Assembly (NCBI GenBank): GCA_963719945.1
Contig: CAVRDX010000001.1
Location: forward strand, 480,001 to 544,000
Direction: 5' to 3'
DNA: 64,000 bases
Source of the DNA: an uncultured Thermoplasmata archaeon
GTDB taxonomy: Archaea; Thermoplasmatota; Thermoplasmata; UBA10834
The notes beneath the pieces were generated by a model that saw only the letters and a list, made by a program, of their open reading frames with translations, was not told the DNA's origin and did not search any database. Position numbers and translations under genes: made by a program. Shown here piece after piece: positions 9,424 through 17,615 of this stretch (position 1 is its first letter; each line of letters starts with the position of its first letter).

Positions 9424-9645
9424 ATGGTTAAGGCAGTTGTACTCATAATGTTGGAGCCTAAGACATACCAGGACGCAGGAAAGATAACCAAGATCACCGG
9501 AGTCAAAGACGGATTCACAGTGTTCGGACACTATGATTACGTAGCATTCCTGGACGTTCAAGGTCTCGAGAAGGTCGGGCAGATCGCAGACAAGATCCAG
9601 AAGCTCGGCTTCGTCAGGTATGTCGAGACGCTCATTGAGAGATAG
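9424..9645 (+). CDS. stand-alone Lrp/AsnC ligand-binding (RAM) domain protein
   Basis: VKAVVLI..ITGVKDGFTVFGHYDYVA..VRYVETLI; SD GAGGTGA. Confidence 0.82.
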   Translation: MVKAVVLIMLEPKTYQDAGKITKITGVKDGFTVFGHYDYVAFLDVQGLEKVGQIADKIQKLGFVRYVETLIER

Positions 9646-9880
9646 GCGTCTACCATAACTGGACCCAAACCATTTACCCCAAATCATTTCCTTATGATTT
9701 TGCGTCGAATTCGACCTGCGGAGTCGTGATTCGTATACTCTGCAGCTATTGCGAACGAATCTCCGTGATTTCTATGACACTGGCTCAACGGACATTCAAG
9801 AGCACAAGCTGGGCACTTAGTTGGTTAATAATTTATATGGGGAGCCTAATCCTGCGCCAACCGGTAACGGAGAGTATAGG

Positions 9881-12032
9881 ATGGTAGACATCACACTTGT
9901 GATCCCGATTGCGGGATTGGTCGGTCTTGCCTTCGCAGGCTATCTGACCTGGTATGTTTTCAGAAAGGATCTCGGGACACCCGAGATGCAAGAGATCGGT
10001 GACGCTATCAGGCAGGGTGCGATGGCCTATATGAAGCGCCAATACACGACTATCATCATAATCAGCGTGATATTGGCGTTCCTCATAGGGGCCTTCATAG
10101 ATCCCACTCCTTGGGTAGGCGCATCATTCATGGTCGGTGCGGGCGCATCTGCGCTCTCTGGCTACATCGGAATGTATGTCAGCGTCAGATCCAACATAAG
10201 GACTGCAGCTGCTGCCCGGAGATCTCTGAACGAAGCGCTTGTCACCTCATTCCGCGGCGGAGCGGTATCTGGTATGGCAGTCGTTTCGCTCAGCCTGATT
10301 GGAGTAGCCGGTATCTATTATGTCTTCTCCAATGGCATGGGGCTTGAGGTAAAAGACTCCCTCAACGCAGCCATTGGTTTCGCGTTCGGGGCTAGCTTCG
10401 CTGCGCTGTTCGCTCAACTTGGTGGCGGGATATACACAAAGGCTGCTGACGTCGGTGCAGACCTCGTCGGAAAGATTGAGGCCGGAATTCCAGAGGACGA
10501 CCCGAGGAACCCTGCAGTCATAGCTGACCTCGTTGGTGACAATGTCGGTGACTGCGCAGGCAGAGGCGCCGACCTGTTCGAGTCGACAGCGGCAGAGAAC
10601 ATCGGTGCGATGGTTCTCGGTCTGACACTATACACATTCTCGACGAACTGGCTTGGCTGGAGCGAGGGAGACGCCCTCGCATGGATATTCTTCCCACTGG
10701 TTGCCAGATCATTCGGAATATTCGCTTCGATGGCTGGTGTAATGCTCGTCAAGATAAAGAAGGAAGACAAGGACCCTATGAGCGGGATCAATATGGGCCT
10801 TTATGTTACATGCGTGCTCGCAGCGGTGTTCTTCTACATATCTACCAAATACATGTTGGGAGACAACTATCTCTACTTCTTCGCTGCAGGACTCATCGGA
10901 ATCGGTCTGAGCATAGTAATCGTATACATAACTCAATACTACACATCAGGGAGCTGGAGACCTGTCAAGGAGATCGCAGAGGCTTCTAAGACTGGACCAG
11001 CCACGAACATCATAACTGGTCTGTCCATCGCAATGGAGAGCACGGCTTTCCCGGTTATCGCAATAATCATTGCTCTCCTGGGTGCGTTTGCACTCGGACA
11101 GGCAGCAGCTCCTGCGGATGCAGGATACGAGAATTATGATACGATAAAACTGGTGTACGGATTCTACGGCACAGCTGTCGCCACCATGGGTATGCTCGCT
11201 ACATGCGCATTCATACTTGCAACGGATACTTTCGGCCCCATTACCGATAATGCTGGTGGAATAGTCGAGATGTCTGGGCAACCCGAGGAGATCAGGCGGA
11301 GGACCGACAGACTGGATGCATGCGGGAACACCACAAAGGCATTGACCAAGGGATATGCGATGGCAAGCGCAGCTCTCGCGGCATTCCTGTTGTTCGGCGC
11401 ATATTTCGAGCGTGTTGCCGACAAGACTCGGAGGCAACCTGGCGGATGCATTCAAGGTGGATATCGCTCAACCGGATGTCTTCGCTGGTGCGTTGCTTGG
11501 TGCCATGCTTGTCTTCCTGTTCGCGTCGTTGGCCATCAGGGCCGTCGGCAAGACTGCTGGGAAGATGATCACTGAGGTCCGCAGGCAGTTCAAGGAGATA
11601 CCTGGAATAATGGAGAGAACCGCAAAGCCTGACTATGCGGCCTGTGTCGATATCGCGACAAAGGGTGCATTGAAGGCGATGGTGCTTCCGGCATTGTTGC
11701 CCGTCCTCGTGCCAGTGCTCTTCGGAGTTCTGATGAACCAGGCCGGCTACGACGCGCCACAGGCCGTCGGGGGTCTCCTGATGGTCGGCACGATCACAGG
11801 AATCATGGTCGCCAACATGTTCAACAACGGTGGCGGCGCATGGGACAACGGCAAGAAGTATGTCGAATCTGGGAACTTTGGCGGAAAAGGATCCTCCACG
11901 CACGCAGCTGCGGTCGTGGGAGACACAGTCGGTGACCCGCTGAAGGACACTGCAGGACCTTCGATACACGTGCTCGTGAAACTGCTCTCGACAGTGACGC
12001 TCGTGTTCGTCGGACTGTTCGTGATATCTTAA
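9881..12032 (+). pseudogene. hppA: membrane H+-translocating pyrophosphatase (K+-independent type), frameshifted near 11425 (assembly error or pseudogene)
   Basis: [39 protein letters not shown] and GNTTKA lie in ORF 9821-11575; GGAWDNGKKY and GDTVGDPLKDTAGPS lie in ORF 11355-12032; removing one base joins them. Confidence 0.9.
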
Positions 12033-12040
12033 ACTCAAAC

Positions 12041-12062
12041 CCGAGGGGGTCAATCCCCTCGG
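12041..12062 (+). terminator. GC-rich hairpin after hppA
   Basis: CCGAGGGG-GTCAAT-CCCCTCGG just after the stop codon. Confidence 0.4.
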
Positions 12063-12127
12063 CAAACCATAAATATATAAAGCGTAATCGAGAAACCTGC
12101 GATTCGTTGCATTAGAGGACTGTCCAA

Positions 12128-12691
12128 ATGTACGTAATAGCATCAAAAGAGGACGTAGTCAGGGTGCCCCCCAACCTGCTGGGAGAGGATTTCCAGAAGC
12201 TTTCGGAGCGCCTGACCCAGGAATCCTTCCAGAACAAGGTCGAAGCTGATGGCAGCTACACCGTTCTCGTCAGGAACATAGAGACTATGGGTGATGGCAG
12301 GATAATCCACGGTGACGGAGCGGTATATCAGAAGGTCCAGTTTGAGACTCTGATGTTCCGACCCACCTTGCACGAGATAGTCGAAGGCACTGTATGTGAG
12401 GTGATGAAGTTCGGCGCGTTCGTCAGATTCGGCCCGCTGGATGGACTTCTGCACATCAGTCAAATCATGGATGATAGGATAGATGTCGATGTGGATGGCA
12501 GACGCTTGCTCGGCAAGGATACCAAGCGCGAGCTACGCATTGGAGACAGCGTCAGGGCAAGGATAGTGTCATTGAGCATCAACGAGAGGAACCCGAGGGA
12601 GAGCAAGATCGGGCTAACTATGCGTCAGCCCGGCCTTGGAAAGCTCGAATGGCTCCAGGAAGAACGGAAGAAGAAGGAGGAAAAGAAATGA
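12128..12691 (+). CDS. rpoE1: RNA polymerase subunit Rpo7 (E')
   Basis: GDGAVY, S1 domain FGAFVRFGPLDGLLHISQIMDD, KIGLTMRQPGLGKLEW. Confidence 0.96.
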   Translation: MYVIASKEDVVRVPPNLLGEDFQKLSERLTQESFQNKVEADGSYTVLVRNIETMGDGRIIHGDGAVYQKVQFETLMFRPTLHEIVEGTVCEVMKFGAFVRFGPLDGLLHISQIMDDRIDVDVDGRRLLGKDTKRELRIGDSVRARIVSLSINERNPRESKIGLTMRQPGLGKLEWLQEERKKKEEKK

Positions 12692-12873
12692 AGATTGAGA
12701 GGGCCTGCAAGAAGTGCAGCGCGATCACCGAAGACGACAAATGCCCTCTCTGCGGTGCCGATACCTCCAAGGAGTGGCAGGGTTACGTCGTAATCATTGA
12801 TCACACCAAGTCCGAGATCGCGAGGAGGATGGGCTTAAGTGTCAACGGCAAGTTCGCCCTGCGGGTTCGATGA
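12688..12873 (+). CDS. spt4: transcription elongation factor Spt4 (RpoE'')
   Basis: RACKKC..CPLCG..SKEWQGYVVIID..SEIA..GKFALRVR; ATGA overlap with rpoE1. Confidence 0.95.
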   Translation: MKIERACKKCSAITEDDKCPLCGADTSKEWQGYVVIIDHTKSEIARRMGLSVNGKFALRVR

Positions 12874-13390
12874 ATCGTTCCCAGCAGATGACCTTGTCCT
12901 TCCTGAAGATATACGAGAAGAGCTTGCGAAGCCCTTCGGTGAGTTGGTTCGGGCAACTGACTTGAATGAACGAATCAAGGGCGCGAAACGTGTCATAACT
13001 GTTGGGGATGTCGTAACGACGACCCTGCTGGACATGGGCGTAGAGCCTGATCTTGCAGTGTTCGATTACAAAACCCGACGGTCCATTGATTGCGGTTCGA
13101 GGAACCGCATAGAGAAGATGTCCGGGACATTGATAATGGTCGAGAACCCCGCCGGGAAGATAACCCCCGGAATGTGGAGGGCCGTGAGGGATGCGGCTAG
13201 GTCGGACGCCCGCACCAAAGTCAAGGTGGAGGGCGAAGAGGACCTGGCAGCCCTTGTGGCGATAGTATATGCCCCTGAGGGAGCGCAAATCATATATGGA
13301 ATACCCAATAAGGGGATAGCAGTAGTCGAAGTAAATGGCGAATCGCGGGCGTTCGCGACTGCGGCCATTAATCGCATGATACGACGGTGA
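12839..13390 (+). CDS. GTP-dependent dephospho-CoA kinase (DUF359)
   Basis: TVGDVVT, DYKTRR, NPAGKIT, VEGEEDL, YGIPNKG; conserved position after spt4; start uncertain. Confidence 0.88.
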   Translation: MSTASSPCGFDESFPADDLVLPEDIREELAKPFGELVRATDLNERIKGAKRVITVGDVVTTTLLDMGVEPDLAVFDYKTRRSIDCGSRNRIEKMSGTLIMVENPAGKITPGMWRAVRDAARSDARTKVKVEGEEDLAALVAIVYAPEGAQIIYGIPNKGIAVVEVNGESRAFATAAINRMIRR

Positions 13391-13394
13391 AGAC

Positions 13395-13733
13395 ATGGAG
13401 ATCGAGGTAGTCGACAAGAAGGAGAACGAGCTGCTCGAGAGGATCGAGGTCACATTCAAGGCGTCTCACTCAAAGGAGGGAACTCCGCAGAGAGAAGCCG
13501 TAAAGGACAAACTGTCATCGCTCCTGAAGGCCCCGAAGGAGAGGATCGTAATCGATTCTATGACCTCCGAGTTCGGCAGGATGGAGACGGTTGGCTACGC
13601 CAAGGTGTACAAGACCAAGGACGCAGCCATGAAGTACGAGCGCGGACACATCCTCGTTAGGAACAAGCTCAAGGAGAAGGTAGCAGTCGTCAAGAAGCAG
13701 AAGGCTGCACGCGCACCACCGAAGGCGAAGTGA
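13395..13733 (+). CDS. rps24e: 30S ribosomal protein S24e
   Basis: ENELLERIEV, TPQR, FG..ETVGYAKVY. Confidence 0.95.
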   Translation: MEIEVVDKKENELLERIEVTFKASHSKEGTPQREAVKDKLSSLLKAPKERIVIDSMTSEFGRMETVGYAKVYKTKDAAMKYERGHILVRNKLKEKVAVVKKQKAARAPPKAK

Positions 13734-13746
13734 GGAGGTAGCGACT

Positions 13747-13944
13747 ATGGCTGAAAAGGAAAAGAAACCGAAGCCGAAGCAGATTAGGACGGCAAAGAAG
13801 GATTTCTTCAAGATCGAAGAGGGCAAGATCAAGAGGACGAGGAACCACTGCCCCAAGTGCGGGCCAGGCGTCTTCATGGCCGAGCATCCTAACCGAGTCG
13901 CCTGCGGAAAGTGCGGATACACCGAGTTCAAGAAGGCGAAGTAA
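13747..13944 (+). CDS. rps27ae: 30S ribosomal protein S27ae (eS31)
   Basis: CPKCGPGVFMAEH..R.ACGKCGYTE. Confidence 0.96.
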   Translation: MAEKEKKPKPKQIRTAKKDFFKIEEGKIKRTRNHCPKCGPGVFMAEHPNRVACGKCGYTEFKKAK

Positions 13945-14020
13945 GGTCCTATGATGGATCGCTTCGTCTAAACCCTTACAGGAAACTCCTTTCACATTTC
14001 TGTATCCATTCTCATTGGTG

Positions 14021-14413
14021 CTACCTGTACCTGAAGTAGGATCGGACCTTCTTTCGGCCTAGATACAAGAATATGAAGATATTGAGGACTAAGGTCAGCA
14101 CTGGACTTCCTGGATCGGCGAGCACGCCACTCAGAGATATCCCAATTAGAGCGATCATCATGGCGAATATGGCAGCCCTCCTCCCCCATCTTCTGGAGGA
14201 CTCTCGTCCTTTGAGGTACCCTGCGGTGATGAAGAAGTACCATATGCTCATGGTCATGTAGATGAGGCCGATGGCGAAAATAATGCCAGAATACTCGGTT
14301 GATGAAGCTGAGATGGCGAATATGACGAACGCCACGAGCAGGAACTGGATGGCTGAGACTAGCTGGACTATCGCGAGGATCGTCACTCCAAAAGGTCGCC
14401 GTCTCCTGGCCAT
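14021..14413 (-). CDS. small multi-pass membrane protein
   Basis: RRPFGVTILAI start, about 4 hydrophobic segments, YL..KVRSYF end. Confidence 0.7.
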   Translation of the reverse strand: MARRRRPFGVTILAIVQLVSAIQFLLVAFVIFAISASSTEYSGIIFAIGLIYMTMSIWYFFITAGYLKGRESSRRWGRRAAIFAMMIALIGISLSGVLADPGSPVLTLVLNIFIFLYLGRKKVRSYFRYR

Positions 14414-14512
14414 GATGCACCTGCGTGATGGTCCTTTTGACTTTTAGGTTTGCCCACAAGTCCGCCCCGAATAGTCGAATTCTGTGTCTGCATGAGAAAG
14501 CTTGATTAGCCG

Positions 14513-15433
14513 ATGCCTGATTCACCGCCAGCTACGCAATCATCGAACGGAGTGATCATGATGGAGAGCTGGTTCTTGCTGGCTGCGGTTGTTGCCCTCT
14601 TCTGGGGTCTTAGCGGTATATTCGCCAAGTACAGCACTGGCCGTCTGGGCGTTGCGAGGGTAGCACTCCTGATCACACTGGTCGAAGGCGTGATGTATAG
14701 CGCTGCATTCCTGCTCTGGCGGGAGGACATCCATATATCACTGGGCGATGCACTTCTTGCAGCAGGCTCCTGCATAATAGGTATATCCGGTTTCCTATGC
14801 TATTTCGAATCAATATTGGAAGGACAGGTGGCGATTGCCGGAACGATCTCAGCAGCATATCCTGCGCTCACCGTCATAGGCGCGGTCTTCCTACTGTCCG
14901 AAGACCTCAGCATCATGCAGGCGATGGGTGTGGCAGCTATTGTGGCAGGGGTGATCGCTCTATCGTACGAACCCGACGATAAAGCAGTCAATGCCTTGAA
15001 CAAGAGATCGATGGTATTCGCCATAATTGCATTCTTTGCGTGGGGTGCATGGAGTCTATCTTCGAAGGTAGCGGTGGATCGCGTGGGCCCAGGGAATCTA
15101 TTTGGGTTCTATGTCCTCTCATCTCTGACCGCACCTCTGATATATGCATGGGCTAGGAGGATTCGGCCTGCTCCGATGAGATCCGAGGACCCGACACGAA
15201 TCGCATGGACATTCGGAATTGTCGCCCTCTCATTGAATGTCATCGGCGCCTTCGCATACACCTATGCGTTGGAGGGAGGAAACGCGTCGTTGGTCGTGCC
15301 GATATCGAGCGCATATCCCATAGTGACTGTGATATTGGCTATTTCAATCCTCAAAGAGAAGATAAACTGGGTCCAAGGCGCAGCAGTCATGACCGTCGTC
15401 TGTGGTTTGACATTGATTGGCATTTCGATGTAG
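14513..15433 (+). CDS. DMT/EamA family transporter
   Basis: Two EamA repeats, about 10 TM, ISAAYP/ISSAYP, LKEK; true start may be 14558. Confidence 0.88.
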   Translation: MPDSPPATQSSNGVIMMESWFLLAAVVALFWGLSGIFAKYSTGRLGVARVALLITLVEGVMYSAAFLLWREDIHISLGDALLAAGSCIIGISGFLCYFESILEGQVAIAGTISAAYPALTVIGAVFLLSEDLSIMQAMGVAAIVAGVIALSYEPDDKAVNALNKRSMVFAIIAFFAWGAWSLSSKVAVDRVGPGNLFGFYVLSSLTAPLIYAWARRIRPAPMRSEDPTRIAWTFGIVALSLNVIGAFAYTYALEGGNASLVVPISSAYPIVTVILAISILKEKINWVQGAAVMTVVCGLTLIGISM

Positions 15434-15516
15434 TTATAATCATCATATCTTGCGAGACAACTATGGATCTTCGCCATTGCCAAGGTAGATATACGCACTC
15501 CGCTTTTCGACAGACT

Positions 15517-15616
15517 GGGCCTGTAGTGTAGCTTGGATATCACAGGGGCCTCCGGAGCCCCGAACTCGGGTTCGAAAGACGTTGATAATATACGTCCGAA
15601 ATTCCCGACAGGCCCG
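15517..15616 (+). tRNA. tRNA-Arg(CCG) with a 26-nt intron (15577-15602) at position 59/60 in the T-loop
   Basis: Acceptor GGGCCTG/CAGGCCC, anticodon arm GGGGC-CTCCGGA-GCCCC; T-arm interrupted by a perfect bulge-helix-bulge; splicing restores TCGGG-TTCGAAT-CCCGA. Confidence 0.93.
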
Positions 15617-15663
15617 CTCCCAGTCCCATCACAATATTATACTGGACACCCTTTTTCCAGACG

Positions 15664-16833
15664 ATGCATCTCACTTCGAAGGAAGAACGGATTCTAAAAG
15701 GCGAGGAAGGGCCTGGCAGGCAGAAAGCGATTGAGTTATTGGTCGCTCTGGGAGATATCTATGGCGCGAAGAGACTGGTCCCTATATCATCTGCCCAGGT
15801 ATCGGGCGCATCATTCAAGACTGTAGGCGACGCAGGAATAAAATTCATCGAGGATTTCTCCGAAGAGGCCAAGGTCACTGTGAGAGCATCCGTCAACCCT
15901 CTGGGCATGGATGTATTGAGATGGCGATCAATGGGGATCGACGAGAAGTTCAAGGAAAAGCAGATCAGGATCATCAAAGCATATTCCTCGATGGGGCTTG
16001 AGCCATTATACAGTTGCACTCCCTACTTGGCTGGCAATCGTCCCCGAGCGGGACAGCATATCGCTTGGGCAGAGTCTTCCGCAACTGTGTTCGCAAACTC
16101 CGTATTAGGCGCGTTGACCAACAGGGAAGGTGGACCTTCTGCCCTGGCCGCTGCCGTCATCGGCAAGACCGCCGAGTACGGATTGCACCTCATGGATAAC
16201 AGGCTTCCAAGGGTGAAGATTGACGTGGAATCGATACCTCAAGGCTCGGTGCCATTATTGGGCTATGTCGTCGGCAAGATCGCTGGTAACAGGATCCCGT
16301 ACATCACCAATCTCAACCTAACGAATGATGAACACAAATCCTTCGGAGCTGCAATGGCTGCGACGAGCGCTGTGTCGATGTATCTCTACACCAAACCCGG
16401 TCTCAGATCGAAGATTGACCTGAGCCGGATAGAGGAGTGTGTTTCACTCCCAGAATCCGAATTGAAGGAATGCAAGGATTCTCTCTCAGGTGACGATTCA
16501 TGGGACCTGGTGGCGATAGGATGCCCACATTGCTCCACCCAGGAGCTGCGCAGAATGGCGAGGTCCCTGGATGGAAAACGCCCTCGAAAAGACTGCAATG
16601 TGTGGTTCTGCACATCGCGAAAGGCATATGCGAACGCGCCTGAGGCGGTGAAGACATTGAAGAGGTTCGGAAAAGTCCTCTGCGATACATGCATGGTGGT
16701 TGCACCTATTGAGAAGATGTTCAAGAGAACGGCCTCTGATTCAGGCAAGGCCATGGTATATCTTCCGACTCTTGGGAAGCAGCGGGCAACCTTCAGAACA
16801 ACGGACCAACTTCTGGAGGCGATATCACGATAA
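15664..16833 (+). CDS. aconitase X catalytic subunit, probable phosphomevalonate dehydratase large subunit
   Basis: SAQVSGASFK, SCTPY, AWAESSA..FANSVLGA.TNREGGPS, IGCPH, DTCMVVAP. Confidence 0.88.
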   Translation: MHLTSKEERILKGEEGPGRQKAIELLVALGDIYGAKRLVPISSAQVSGASFKTVGDAGIKFIEDFSEEAKVTVRASVNPLGMDVLRWRSMGIDEKFKEKQIRIIKAYSSMGLEPLYSCTPYLAGNRPRAGQHIAWAESSATVFANSVLGALTNREGGPSALAAAVIGKTAEYGLHLMDNRLPRVKIDVESIPQGSVPLLGYVVGKIAGNRIPYITNLNLTNDEHKSFGAAMAATSAVSMYLYTKPGLRSKIDLSRIEECVSLPESELKECKDSLSGDDSWDLVAIGCPHCSTQELRRMARSLDGKRPRKDCNVWFCTSRKAYANAPEAVKTLKRFGKVLCDTCMVVAPIEKMFKRTASDSGKAMVYLPTLGKQRATFRTTDQLLEAISR

Positions 16834-17609
16834 TCAAGGGAAGGTGCGTCAGAGCTGGTCTCGCAAAGGGCCCAGTACTGGCTTGCAGCACTCCTCTGTC
16901 TTTCCTCGGAGGAGTGGACCCAAAGACGGGCAGGATTCTTGATCCAGAATGCGAATGCAGGGGGAAGAGCGTGTCAAAGACCGTACTGGCATTTCCCTAT
17001 GGTAAGGGCAGCACGGTCGGATCCTATTCCATGTATCAGCTAAAGATCAAGAATGCATCCCCAGCTGCGATAATCAACACGACTGCCGAGCCAATTGTGG
17101 CTACAGGAGCAATAATCGCGAGCATCCCGATGATGGATGGTATCGATATATCTCTGTTGAGGACCTCAGACCAAGCTATAGTGGATGCCAAGTCAGGGAC
17201 TCTGGAGCTGAAGAATGTGGAGGAGAAGCAAGTCGTCACGAACATACTCCGACACAAAGGGAAGATCCTCCTGTTGCAGAGGAGTGCTGAGGTCGGTTCC
17301 TATCGTGGATTATGGGCCGGGGTTTCAGGATTCATAGAACCGGGAGAGGATCCCAAGATTGCCGCCAAGCGTGAATTGGACGAAGAGGTCTCTCTGAAGA
17401 ACGCTAGAATGGCTCGCTCCATTGATCCTCAGAGCTTCAGAGATGGCGACATCGTGTGGACCGTGCACTCGTTCCTTTTCGATGTGCGCGAGCCTCAGAT
17501 ATCGATAGATTGGGAGCACCAGGGATATGAATGGGTATCTCCGGAAGACGTGGGCAGGTTCCATACAGTCCCTGGATTGCAGAAGATCGTCTGCAAGCTG
17601 CTGTCCTGA
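16830..17609 (+). CDS. phosphomevalonate dehydratase small subunit (DUF126 swivel domain) fused to a Nudix hydrolase
   Basis: IKGR..GLAKG..PLSFLGGVDPKTG, GKGSTVGSY, then WAGVSGFIEPGEDPKIAAKRELDEEV Nudix box; conserved N-terminus implies an ATA start at 16830. Confidence 0.85.
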   Translation: MIKGRCVRAGLAKGPVLACSTPLSFLGGVDPKTGRILDPECECRGKSVSKTVLAFPYGKGSTVGSYSMYQLKIKNASPAAIINTTAEPIVATGAIIASIPMMDGIDISLLRTSDQAIVDAKSGTLELKNVEEKQVVTNILRHKGKILLLQRSAEVGSYRGLWAGVSGFIEPGEDPKIAAKRELDEEVSLKNARMARSIDPQSFRDGDIVWTVHSFLFDVREPQISIDWEHQGYEWVSPEDVGRFHTVPGLQKIVCKLLS

Positions 17610-17615
17610 GCAGGC

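Noticed and set aside
11355-11575. Programmed frameshift or genuinely split hppA
   Set aside because: No slippery sequence, and the second ORF lacks a credible independent start
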